From Chiloscyllium plagiosum (taxonomy: Eukaryota), in assembly GCF_004010195.1 (NCBI RefSeq), contig NC_057718.1, forward strand, positions 93,682,230-93,739,174: a stretch of 56,945 nt of DNA. Reading direction: 5' to 3'. The notes beneath the pieces are model-generated. The model saw only the letters and a list, made by a program, of their open reading frames with translations. It made no database searches and was not told the DNA's origin. Of this stretch, positions 23,570-34,385 are shown in pieces. Each line of letters starts with the position of its first letter. Position 1 is the stretch's first letter. The translations under genes and the position numbers were made by a program.

Positions 23570-23800
23570 TATTTGTGCCGACAGTTGTGGCAGTACATCT
23601 GAGCGTTCACTTCCACCACATACAATCACAGTGACAAATGGTCCGTGTAAGTCCCAAGTTGCTACATACACTGGTGTTTATTGAGCGCGTTGAATGTTTG
23701 TGATCTGACCCTCTGGTAGTCAAGTCTGGCAATGATTTAGCCGTCTTATCAAATTGAAATATGGCTTTCTGTTGTTTGACCATTTTATTCACTCACACAT
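23570..23800 (-). mobile_element. Ancient Gypsy-type pol (integrase C-terminal) remnant
   Basis: KQQKA..FDKTAKSLPDL (ORF 23607-23792) and YVVEVNAQMYCHNCRH (23575-23622), a CpG-decayed form of the SY.VEV.G..YRRNRRH motif. Confidence 0.55.
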
Positions 23801-23893
23801 GTTGCTACATCTGATTTCAGCAACTTTGTTACGATTAGAACAGTAGAGTTTGAGCGACATGACATCAGGCTTTGTGCCAGACTACTTTCCAAG

Positions 23894-24452
23894 TCATAAT
23901 CAATCGTCATCATTGACGAGCCCTCACAGTTGAGGTTGACTCTCTTCCACTCTCAGGGCGAGTCCATAGCTGGTTGTCCAGACCAACGGGGCTACCACAG
24001 GCTTTGTTACGCTCAGGGCAGAAGGTAGAAAGAGGGTGGGCGGGGCATTGATGTGGGAGCACGCTCCTTGCGCTGTTTCCCCCTGACTTCTGCATTTTCC
24101 CTGAAGGCCAGTCTCGAGGTGCTCGATGCCTTCCCGGATGCTCCGCCTTCACTTTGGAATGGTCTTGGGCCAATGATTCCCAGGTGTCTGTAGGAGTGCT
24201 GCACTTCCCCAGTGAGGCCTTGAGGGATCTCTGAAACATTATATCCACCTGGGGCTCACCTGCCATTTTGGAGTTGGGAGCCGAGCACCTTCCCGGGGAG
24301 TCTCATGTGGGTCATGGGGACGGTGTGCCCAGCCCCCTCATAGCCATGAGTGCTTCGATGCTGGGGATGTTGGCTTGGTCGTGGACACTGGTGTTAACGC
24401 ATCTGTCTTCCTAGTGGATTCACAGGATCTTGGACAGGCAGTGTTGGTGGGA
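23894..24452 (-). mobile_element. RTE-clade LINE 3' end
   Basis: HQHCL.KIL..H.EDR..N.SV.DQANIPSIEAL; LKASLGKC....DTWESLAQD; decayed C-terminal zinc finger CP..NKACGS.VGL; (GAT)-like tail. Confidence 0.85.
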
Positions 24453-24742
24453 AAGCTCCCGCACAAATCAATAGAAACTATTGTATTAATACAAACAGTG
24501 CAGTGCTGGAAAAGCACAGCCGGTCAGGGAGTATCCGAGGAGCAGGACAATCGATGTTTCGGGCATAAGCCCTCCATTAGGAATAAGGCTTGTGGGCCAA
24601 GGGGGCTGTGAGATAAATGGCAGGGGGGTGGGGCTGCAGGGAAGGTAGCTGGGAATGCAATAGGTAGATGAAGGTGGGAGTGAAAGTGATAGGTCGGAGA
24701 GGAGGATGGAGCGGATAGGTGGGAAGGAAGATGGACAGATAG

Positions 24743-25195
24743 CCCGGCACCGCCTTCCTGACCTGCAGTCTTCTTCTTGACCTCTCCGCCTCCATCCTAC
24801 TCCGACCTATCACCCTGCCCTTCTTTAGGAATGAGCAGAGAGTGTTCAGCAGGAGAAGATAAAAGGTAGGGAGGAGGGACTTGGAGGAGGGGAGTTGGAA
24901 GTGGAGGAGATGCGGTGGAGGGCACCGTCGACCACGTCGCCTTCCTGACCTGCAGTCTTCTTGTTGACCTCTCCGCCTCCATCCTACTCCGACCTATCAC
25001 CCTCACCTTGACCTCTTTCCACCTATCACATTTCCAACTCCCCTCCTCCAAGTCCCTCCTCCCTACCTTTTATCTTCTCCTGCTGAACACTCTCTGCTCA
25101 TTCCTGAAGAAGGGCCTGTGCCCGAAACGTCGAATCTCCTGTTCCCTGGATGCTGCCTGACCTGCTGTGCTGTTCCAGCAATAAAGTTTCAACCC
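24743..25195 (+). mobile_element. Young Penelope-derived insert (family A) with a scrambled 5' end
   Basis: 14-bp TSD AGATGGACAGATAG at 24729-24742 / 25196-25209; CpGs retained. Confidence 0.9.
25100..25135 (+). ncRNA. Minimal type I hammerhead ribozyme motif (PLE family A), intact
   Basis: ATTC-CTGAAGA-A-GGGC(CTGT)GCCC-GAA-ACGT-C-GAAT: stem I ATTC/GAAT, palindromic ACGT, GUC cleavage triplet at 25129-25131. Confidence 0.8.
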
Positions 25196-25527
25196 AGATG
25201 GACAGATAGGACAGGTCGTGACGGCGGTGCAGAGTTGGAAGATTGGGATTAGGATAAGGTATGGGAGAGGAGATAGGGAAACTGGTGAAATCCACATTGA
25301 TCCTGTGCAGAGGGTCCCAAGGCGGAAGATGAGGCGTTCTTCCTCCAGGCGTTGGATGGTTAGGGTTTCGGGCGATGGAGGAGGCCCAGGACCTGCATGT
25401 CCTTGGCGGAGTGGGAGGGGGAGTTGAAGTGTTCAGCTTGGGGATTGTATTAATACCTATGGTACTGGTTCTGATGATGAATCATACCAAACTCGAAATT
25501 TTGTTTCTCTCTCCACAGATACAAAAG

Positions 25528-25531
<4 letters not shown>

Positions 25532-25558
<27 letters not shown>
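25532..25558. repeat. (TG)n microsatellite
   Basis: tgtgtgcgtgtgtgtgtgtgtgtgtgt. Confidence 0.9.
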
Positions 25559-26784
25559 CAGATGCTTAGCATCCACAGTATTTTGCCTTTAGTATACTGG
25601 CAACCATGTTGTACATACATAATATCAGGGGGCAATTGTTCATGAGGGGTTATGCTATGATACCATGCTGGGGTGCATGAAAGTCAGTAAATTCTGCATG
25701 TGGGTCTTATTCAATCACTACCAAGAATGCTCATGATAGGTTTAATATAGAATTCTCCCCAGAGGACAGGGCTGTGCTGCTGGCATTAATAATAGAATCA
25801 AATTCTATTTTATGAGGTCAACACCTACCAACACCTCTTGTGTTTTAATATCAGGTTTGAAGGACAGAGCTCCGAAGGGTTGCTGATAACAGAACACCGA
25901 GATGTTGAAGTCAGGCAGATGACAGATGTTATCCCTAGAAGACTCGCAGAGTGAATGATCTCTCTAATCCGCACAAATATTTGGACATTCTGCAATTCAG
26001 CCTGTAATTTTCACCATTTTAAATGGTGCCACCTGTTTAACTTTGAGCATTAACAGATGGCTGAAAAAAAATGACAGAGCATACATCGACTGGCAAAAGT
26101 TTCCTTTTGATTGGAGTGCCTGCAACTTTCAATGCTTGCTAGATTCACCCATGGTTAAATGTCACTATCAAAGCTGTTTCAAAAGAAATCAAGAGGACGT
26201 TCCAATTTCTTTTTTTCATCTCGAGTTCACAAGAATCACAGCCTGTAGCTGGAAATGTCAATGCTTTCCAGGTCTTGCCTTATTTTAAGCTAATTTTCTG
26301 GCGTGGAAAGTATCCACCTGAAGGTTTTCAGACAGCTCGATGGATCCACGAAATCATCACCGTGGAGCTGGTGTTGGCTGATGAGGATTTTGTAAAAGGA
26401 ATCAGTGCCATCGCTCCATGTGAGTTTAAAATGCACTGCTGTCTGTAATTTGGAAATGCTTTTCTGGGAGGGAGTGGGGATGATGCTGGGGGAGGGTGTC
26501 AGGTAAATAGCTAACATGGAATGCAAATTTCAAATTCAATTTCTGGTTTTATGGAACAGATAGTTTGGAAATGGTGGCATAATGGACTTTGCTTCTCAAT
26601 TGAGAAAATCTTCATAATTTCCTTTCTTAATTTGGTGTCATTGACAGTGAATAATTGGCAAGAATATTCGGCTATTTATGAGTATTAATTGGAGCTAATT
26701 TGTGTACACACTACTTGGCAACGGAAAGTTGCAGGGATGATACTACAGTCTTGTTTTGAAAAGGGGGGGGGCAACACCAATGTT

Positions 26785-27053
26785 TGGTGGCTCAGTGGTT
26801 AGCACTGCTGCCTCAACAGCGCCAGGGACCCAGGTTCAATTCCAGCCTCGGGTGACAGTCTGTGTGGAGTTTGTATGTTCTCCCTGTGTCTGCACAGCTT
26901 CCAGTAGGTGCTCCGGTTTCATCCCACAGTCCGAAGGTGTACAGGTTAGGTGGATTGGCCATGGCTTTTGTAGGGACAGCAGATCTGGGTGGGATAGTCT
27001 TCAGAGGGTCAATGTTGGGGTAATGGCCAATTTCTGCACTGTAGGGATCCTAT
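26785..27053 (+). mobile_element. HE1-type V-SINE
   Basis: tggtggctcagtggttagcactgctgcctca...ggttcaattcc...tgtgtggagtttg. Confidence 0.85.
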
Positions 27054-27209
27054 AGACATTCAACGCTCTGTGTCCTGTGGCTCGCTTTAAAAAAGAAAGG
27101 GACTGCCTTTCCAGAGCCATCTGACGACACATTGGTTGGCTCACGGTCAGATTTCTGCCCTCCCCTCCCTCCATGTTTGGGGAACAAATCCTGTCTAAGA
27201 CAGCAACAA

Positions 27210-27404
27210 GCCAATTGATTCCAGCTTCCAGTTGCCTGTCACATCAATACACCACCCTGTTCTCCTTGGCCAACAGCTCTATCTCAGGCTCGCAGCAGTG
27301 CCCCAGCAAAGCTCAGCACATGCTGGAAGAGCAGCACCTCATTTTCTGCTTGGGGACCCTGCAGCCCTCTGACTCAATTCCAGAATCAAGTTCAAAAATT
27401 TAGG
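27210..27404 (+). mobile_element. Old Penelope endonuclease C-terminal fragment
   Basis: ORF 27173-27403 contains LEEQHLIFCLGTLQP. Confidence 0.75.
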
Positions 27405-28281
27405 GATGGAGCTCTCCTATGTCCTTACCCCAACTTTTAGTGTCAGGTTCAAGTGGGTGGTACAGGCTGTGCCCAAAGAAGACAGTGTTCTAGAAAGCAG
27501 ACTCAAGGGCAAGCACGGAGATGGGCTTGGCCAGATTTGAAAGGCCAGAAAGTGGCACAGGGGACTCTTCCCTCATCAAAGGAAAATTGCCCCCACGTGT
27601 CGTGCCTGATACCACCACGTCTGTTAAATCCTCTTTGATAAAAACGTGATGGTGAGGTCATATGAAGCACTTAGCATAGGAATGGGTATCCTGAAATGTC
27701 CTCTGCCATGCACAGATGACCAATTTCCCCTCCATCACACACCTGGAAAATGGGACACATGTTGGGGGTGGTCGGAACTTTATCTTCTTTTTCCAAATAA
27801 AGATTCCTTGGTTATTGTAGACAACCCAGTAATAAGTCCTCTGGTGCTCTCTATTGTCATCACTGCCTCCTCAGCATCTGACACCTAGTGGCGGGAGGTT
27901 TCAGACCAGGGGAGACATGGACACAAAGGAGACCAGCAGGGAGGGGAGAGCTGCCTTGCTTCTAACTGTTGGGCAGGACTGGCTTGGATTGGAGTGGGAA
28001 GAGATGGAAGGGAATGCTGGTAGAATTGTGGACTGGGGATGGGTGGGAAGGGGCATGTGGGGCTCAGTCCAGGCTGACAGGTGAAACAGTAAGTTACCAG
28101 GGTTGGTGTGAATGAGGCAGAGAGTCTAGCAAAGCAATCGAGACTAGCATCCTTCAAATGAAAAGGGAAGAGAGCTGAAAATGAAAGCAGTAAACGGGGT
28201 TGTCAAATGATTAAAAACATCAGTGAAGACCAATATTAAGCCAAATACAATTGAAAGAAAGAACAGTCAACCAAAATGTCA

Positions 28282-29270
28282 AAAGATCATAAGAGTTAGG
28301 AGCAGGAGAAGGCCGTTTAGCCTCTCAGTCCTGCTCCGCCATTTAATAAGATCTTGGCTGATCTCATCTCGATCTCAGTTCCAATTTCCTGCCCACACTC
28401 CATCACCCTTCAACCCATTAACTGATTAAAAACCAGTCTATCTCCTCCTTCAATTTAGTCAGAGTTCTGGCATCCCAGTGCTCTGGGGTAATCAATTTCC
28501 TGGATTCACACTAATTTGTGAAAAATAATTCCTCCTCAACTGTTTTAAATCTGATACCCTTATCCTAAAACTATGACCTCCTGTTCTAGATTGCCCCACA
28601 AGGGAAAACATCTGCTCCAGATCTCCTTTGTCAATCCCCTTTAACAACTTACATTGCTCAACTAGATGGTCTCACACCATTCTCAACTCCAGTGAGTAAA
28701 GGTCTAAACTACTCAAACTCTCTTTACCTTTCATCTCTGGGATTAAGCTAGTGAACTTTCTCTGGGCTGCCTCCAATGCAATTACATTCATCCCCAAGTA
28801 AGGGAACACAAATGCGTGCAGATGCACTATTCCAGGTGCAATCTCACTAAAGCTTTATGCAATTGTAACAACACTGCCCTGCATTATACTCCATTCCTTG
28901 AGCAATGAATGCCAAAATTGGCTTTGCCTTCCTTGTTACCTGATGTACCTGCAGACTAGCTTTCTACGATGCATCGGACCATGAATCCATTGTCAATTGT
29001 TGGAAAAACTCATCTGGTTCACTAATGTCCTTTAGGGAAGGAAACAGCTATCGTTACCTGGTCTGGCCTAAATATATCTCTAGATCTACAGCAATGTGTT
29101 TGACACTTAACTGTCCTCTGGACAACTGAGGATGGGCAATAAATGCTGGCCGAGCTGTCAATGCTGTCATCCCATACATGAATTTCTTTTAAAAATGCGA
29201 GAACACCCAAATCCCTCTGCCCTCAAGAATGTTTACGTTTCTCTCCACTTAGATAATAAGTTGCCTAAAA
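28282..29270 (-). mobile_element. Older CR1 LINE 3' portion
   Basis: aagatcataagagttaggagcaggagaaggccgtttagcc tail; CR1 ORF2 similarity upstream; split by SINE-B. Confidence 0.8.
28977..29195 (+). mobile_element. SINE-B, 5'-truncated
   Basis: Matches 449-662. Confidence 0.85.
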
Positions 29271-29394
29271 TAAAGACTTTCTGATGGCTAATTGGACAGA
29301 AAATTTGTTATTTCTATCTTTTCTTTTTAAAAATCAAAGCCCTTTTGTCACAAAGTGAAATTTTCTCCACAGACTCTGTCGGATCTGTGGACAG

Positions 29395-29782
29395 GTATCC
29401 ACACTCTCCTTCACTGACTCACAGTAGCATCAGTCAATCTACAATCTACAAGAAGTACACCAAAGATCCCTAGACAGCACCTTCCAAGCCTACGTCCCAA
29501 TTCCATCTAGAGGGACAGCGGAAACGGACACATGGGAAAACCACATCTGCAAATTCGCCTCCAAGCCACTCATAATCCTGTCTTGGAAATAACTTACTGT
29601 TCCTTCAGTGTCACTGGGTCAAAATCCTGGAATTCTCTCCCTAAGGGCATTGTGAGTCTACCTACAACATGTAAACTGCAATGGTCCAAAACACAGCTCA
29701 CCCCCACCTTCTCAAAGGCAACTGGGGCCAGGTAATGAAAACTGAGGCAGGTTGTGATGCCCATGTACTAAGAGAATAAAAA
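29395..29782 (+). mobile_element. LINE-B 3' end
   Basis: ORF 29532-29735 LEITYCSFSVTGSKSWNSLPKGIV; collinear with 55570-55970. Confidence 0.85.
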
Positions 29783-29800
29783 CAAAGACTACTCTGAGTA

Positions 29801-30090
29801 ATTACTGTCAACAAACACATCGAGTTAGACCCCATCTACCACCCCCTGAGAAAAAGAACAGGAAACGACATCACCGCAGGAAATGACATCACCACAAGAA
29901 ATAACATCACCGACCCAAAGAAACCCAAACATCTAAATAAAAAGCAGGAATCATGTACACTGCTTCGCCTGAGGCCCACTGAAGATGTTACCTAGTAGGG
30001 TGACGAAACGTCTGGAAATGAACTTCCCAGCTCAGCGAACAAACCTACATCCAGAACCTAAACCTGAGCTACAAATCTTCTCAAAACTCG
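29801..30090 (+). mobile_element. Penelope-like element (family D) 3' end
   Basis: VNKHIELDPIYHPLRKRTG C-terminus; hammerhead at 29976-30015; TSD CTGAGTA at 29794-29800 / 30091-30097. Confidence 0.8.
29976..30015 (+). ncRNA. Minimal type I hammerhead ribozyme motif (PLE family D), intact
   Basis: CCA-CTGAAGA-T-GTTACC(TAGTAG)GGTGAC-GAA-ACGT-C-TGG: stem I CCA/TGG, stem II 6 bp including one G-U, GUC at 30010-30012. Confidence 0.85.
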
Positions 30091-30649
30091 CTGAGTATTT
30101 TCCGTTTTTACTTCATATTTTCCACGTGTAGTATGTTTCTTCTGTAAACCTCTCTACCGTCAAACTGAGTTTCAGTTTCACAGAAGTAACCTCAACAACG
30201 GATGCATTTGATTTTCTATATAATGAGAGATAATAACAGTAGCATTGTCAGTCATAAAATGAAGGGTGGTGAATTGGATGCAGTAAGTGTATCAATTTAA
30301 TATGTAATTAAAACCAAGATTAACTAAGATAAAACATTTGAATTGAGAGATAAATCAATGTTTCTTAATCACTTGATAGCCCCACTATTACGTGAGTGTT
30401 CACAAAAACAAAGCAACTGTAATCCGATGATTTTCAATACTGCTTACAAAAATCCTGTCTATAGATTTCTTCATATAGTGGCTTAACCCAGGCTCACTAC
30501 TCAGTAGCCTGTTTGAAGATATAAAGTATAGTAAAGGAATTCTAAGTACATGTTCTTGTTTTAAATGTTCATGGAAATTAAACACATTAAGTCCCTTGTA
30601 ATTTCAGGTTAACTCTTTGCAGTTTGACAAAACCTTTGAAAATCGGATT

Positions 30650-31310
30650 GTAGAAACAGGAATAGGAGAAGGCCATTCAGCCCCTTGAGTTAATTCTGCC
30701 AATTAAACAGATTATGGCTGATCTGTAGCTTAATTCCGTATATTGGGGCGGCACGGTGGCTCAGTGGTTAGCACTGCTGCCTCACAGCGCCAGGGTTCCA
30801 GATTCAATCCCCGCCTCAGGCGACTGTCTGTGTGGAGTTTGCACATTCTCCCCGTGTCTGCGTGGTTTCCTTCAGGTGCTCTGGTTTCCTCCCACAGTCC
30901 AAAGATGTGCAGGTTAGGTGAATTGGCCATGTGAAATTGCCCATAGTGTTAGGTGCAGGGGTAAATGTAGGGGAATGGGTCTGGATGGGTTGCTCTTTGG
31001 GGGGTCAGGGTGGACTTGTTGGGCCGAAGGGCCTGTTTCCACACTGTAGGGAATCTAATCTAATCCAATCTGCTTTCAGTCCACATCCTTTACTACCTTG
31101 CTTAACAAAAAATGTATCTACCTCCGATTTAAACTAACAACTGATCTGCATTAAGTGCCATGTCTGAAAGAGAGTTCCACTCTTTGTGCATAGAAATGCT
31201 TCCGAAATCTCTACTCAAGGTCCTGGCCTTACCTTTTAAACTATGTCCGTAGTTCTCGAATCTCCAAACAGTGCAAATCGTTTATCTTTATTTCCCCTGA
31301 TTTTTCCTGT
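30650..31310 (-). mobile_element. Old CR1 3' end split by an HE1 SINE
   Basis: aggagaaggccattcagcccctt tail; continues after 31071. Confidence 0.7.
30745..31071 (+). mobile_element. HE1-type V-SINE, full length
   Basis: ggggcggcacggtggctcagtggttagc head, V-domain, CR1-like tail gggccgaagggcctgtttccacactgt, (AATCT)n end. Confidence 0.95.
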
Positions 31311-31559
31311 TGCACCAAAAACGTGTTTCATCTAATCAAGAACCGATGTATCTTTTTGTTCTGTATCAGGAAATTGCATTTCTCAGTACCAGGAAGAATC
31401 TAAATTACATTCTGCATTTCCATCACAGTGGCAAGTGTCCAATTGAAATCATGCACTTTCAATTAGCAGGCTGCCTTATGTTGTGTGAATACACAGAAAT
31501 ACAAATTATTGGCAACTGAACTGCTTCCCTCCGATGAAATTATTTCAGCAGGAATAAAC

Positions 31560-32230
31560 GAAAGGTTAGGATTTATACAATGTCTTTTGTAATTGCTGGA
31601 TGTTCCAAAGCACCTCACAGCCAATAACTGACTTCAGGAAGTACAGTCCCTGTTGTCACACCTAAAATGGGGCAGCCAATTTGCACACAGCAAGTTCCCA
31701 CCAACAGCAATGACTAGATAATCAATTATGGTGTTGATGATTGGGGGATAATCATTGCCAAAATCACCAGAAAGAACGCCCCTGATTTTGTTCAAGTGCA
31801 AAACTATGCGTTTTTTTTCCCCATTCACACAAGAGGGCAGTCTGGACTATAGTGATCATAGTGAGGTCAGCCAGTTCGACCTCAGAGAATATGGGTTCCC
31901 TGATTGGGGCTGTTAACCTGGCCCAATCAGGGAGCTCTGGCTGACAAATAGAAACTGAAGTGTCAGAAATTCTGACACTGAGAGCTGCCTCTGAAGAGGC
32001 AGTGATAGAGTCAAGGACTCTTCATGCATAAATAAAAGGTGACTTGGTGACGTGATACCAGCCTTGGTGGAGTTATTTCATGGTTCTTGTTCTGAGCTGG
32101 GACGTACAGTAGTATGGAACTCCCTCAGTAGTACACTGGAGTGGCAGCTCCTGCAAGAGACTTGAGTCCACACCATTTTCACTCAAAGGTAAGCTTACCA
32201 CAAACTCAATTGAAGAAATCAACTGCATCT
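31560..32230 (-). mobile_element. DeuSINE split by a solo LTR
   Basis: ccaaagcacctcacagccaat...ggcagccaatttgcacacagcaagttccca...; resumes with actccctcagta..cactggagt after 32080. Confidence 0.7.
31848..32080 (+). mobile_element. Short solo LTR (about 233 bp)
   Basis: TA(TG)...TTTCA termini; AATAAA at 32031; internal 12-bp inverted repeat TCCCTGATTGGG / CCCAATCAGGGA; interrupts a DeuSINE. Confidence 0.65.
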
Positions 32231-32444
32231 CAGTTGGTGTGAGTCCTGGCTCAGAGCTCTGACGTTGTGGATTTAAGCCTGAGATGTTTTCCACTGTCCA
32301 GCCAGCAAACAGGCATGAATCAACTTTAAAACAAGAAGTGGAAGAAAGCGGAGTTTGAACTTAATGTGAAATAGATTTCGGAAATGTAGGTGATTCAGCT
32401 GGAATTTCATGCAGGCATTGAGTTACTCAACTGAAGGTGTTGAT

Positions 32445-32575
32445 TGTGTCTCGGTTGGTTGCAGTCCATTCGAAACACTGTGTGGATTTGAGGCCTACTC
32501 CAGTGACTTCAATATAAAATCCAGTCTGATAAACCGGTGCAGTACTGAGGGAGTTGCTACACTTTCGGAAGTGGG
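32445..32575 (+). mobile_element. DeuSINE 5' fragment
   Basis: cctactccag.gactt...gtgcagtactgagggagt.gctacact.tcggaagtg. Confidence 0.6.
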
Positions 32576-32614
32576 ATGAATGCAAGGAGTCCCATAATAC
32601 TGCTGTGAAGAAGC

Positions 32615-33197
32615 TACCAGGATGTTGCTCGGTATGGAGGGAGGGTCTTACGAGGAAAGGCTGAGGGACTTGAGGCTGTTTTCGTCAGAGAGAAGAAGAT
32701 TGAGAGGTGACTTAATAGAATGGAGAGTGCAGTGTTGGAAAAGCACAGCAGGTCAGGCAGCATCCGAGGAGCAGGAGAATGATGTTTCGGGCATAAGCCC
32801 TTCATCAGCCCAACTCTGATCTTCAGTATCTGCAGTCCTCACTTACTCCTAGTTGACTTAACAGAGACATATAAGATAACCAGAGGGTTAGATAGAATGG
32901 ATAGTGAGAGCCTTTTTCCTCGGATGGTGATGGCTAGCACAAAGCGACATTGCTTTAAATTGAGGGATGATAGGTATAGAACAGATGTCAGAGGTAGGTT
33001 CATTACTCAGAGAGTAGTAAGGGCATGGAACACACTGCCTGCAACAGTAGTAGACCCACCAAATTTAAGGGCATTTAAATGGTCATTGGATAAACATATG
33101 GATGATAATGGAATAGTGCAGCTTAAATGAGCTTCAGGTTGGTTTCACAGGTCAGTGCAACATCGAGGGCCGAAGGGCCTGCTCTGCACAGTATTCT
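32615..33197 (+). mobile_element. CR1 LINE 3' end
   Basis: TRMLLGMEG.SYEERLRDLRLFS.ERRRLRGDLIE; ORF 32897-33130 DVRGRFITQRVVRAWNTLP; tail gggccgaagggcctg. Confidence 0.9.
32720..32853. mobile_element. Short inverted-junction Penelope-derived insert (family A) in CR1
   Basis: TSD TGACTTAA(T/C)AGA at 32708-32719 / 32854-32865; minus-strand hammerhead core at 32781-32808, then a plus-strand tail piece. Confidence 0.85.
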
Positions 33198-34204
33198 GAC
33201 CAATCATTATCCCTTAATCAGGCACTACATCAATGGAAGCTTTCCATTTGAATCTTTGTTCAGAAATGCTGGCCATTGTGCACAGAAAGCTATAACATCT
33301 CAGCAAAACCATCACACTATTGTCACTGAAGGATAAACTTTCTTGCCCAACACATGGTTCAAGCCTACACTGAGCTGCTGCTTGCCCACAGCCATCCTTT
33401 CTCACGGTGAATCTATTCAGTGCTACTTGTCTTTCAGTATTTATGTGGCGTTAATTGCTGGGGAAAGCATTACTGCTTCAATAATATTTACCTTGGAATA
33501 CTTACTCTTGGCATGTTTGACCAACCAAAAGGCCTCTGATTGACAGAGACATCATATTTTCTCTGTTGAGTCATTGCAGTATTCCCCAGAAAGCAGATAA
33601 AAGCAGCTGGACAGAGTGATGATTCGAGCAGCAGGAGATGGCTTCCCCGTTAGAGAGTTCAAAATTGTGCCGAATGTTCTAAGGGGAGATGTCTTTGCGC
33701 TGCTCCTCTGTCTCATTTTCCTGGACTGTGCGCTGTGCTGACCAAAGATAGACTGCAGCTTTACTCCTCATTCTTCTCGTGAGGTCCCAGCAGCTAAGCG
33801 TGAGAACACTCTGCAAAGGTTTTGACTCTGTGGGGAAACCTATTCTGCGAGACGCTAGGTCAGATGGAACACAAGACAAACTTCCAGGACAGGGGAGGCT
33901 GGTTCAGTGTCAGGCAGAGAGAATTATAGTGACTAGTCCATGCATCAAAGACAATGAACAAGGAAGTCACATAGCAACTCAGCTATTTCACATATATCAG
34001 CTTGTAAGTGGCACATACTGGAAATGGTATAAACACATAAAATCACTTGCTTTGTTAACAATACATAGAAAGATATCCCAGCATCATCATTCATGAAAAT
34101 GAATGACTTCAAAGTCTTCTCACTAACTTATTTTACAGTTCACCGAACTGTAAAACTGATTTCTTCTACAATGTTGCACCCAAATCTATCTTGTGACAAT
34201 TACC

Positions 34205-34385
34205 TTGTAGAGGGAGTTAGGATGAAATTTATCTGCAGTCATAAGGGTACAGGGGGTATTAATAAGGGGCTGAGTACGCACATTTGTGGGGCACTGCTGT
34301 TTGAGGAGGTGTTGTTGCCTATTCTCACTGATTGTAGCCTACCAGCCAGGAAGTAGAGGATCCATTTGCAGATAGGAGTATTACA
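34205..34385 (-). mobile_element. Old Rex1/Babar LINE RT fragment
   Basis: ORF 34239-34448 CKWILYFL.GRLQSVRIGNNTSS...APQ.CVLSPLL. Confidence 0.75.

Larger units (their letters stand above)
24493..25443 (-). mobile_element. Penelope-like element (family A), host of a nested younger copy
   Basis: 13-bp TSD ATTGTATTAATAC at 24480-24492 / 25444-25456; QRLEEERLIFRLGTL on the minus strand at about 25310-25355; degenerate hammerhead at about 24553-24584. Confidence 0.9.

Noticed and set aside
25855..25950. 96-bp open candidate exon (FEGQSSEGLLITEHRDVEVRQMTDVIPRRLA)
   Set aside because: Weak donor (AGA|gtgaat), phase-incompatible with the open frame of 26272-26419, and an unrecognised peptide.
30745..30820. 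tRNA gene
   Set aside because: The tRNA-like A/B boxes are the head of an HE1 SINE and run straight into the V-domain; the same applies to the other copies.
33540..34096. Moderately GC-rich unique region with 66-aa and 105-aa ORFs and adjacent AGATAA/CAGCTG
   Set aside because: No recognisable protein or consistent splice signals, and the GATA/E-box spacing is non-canonical. Left unannotated.
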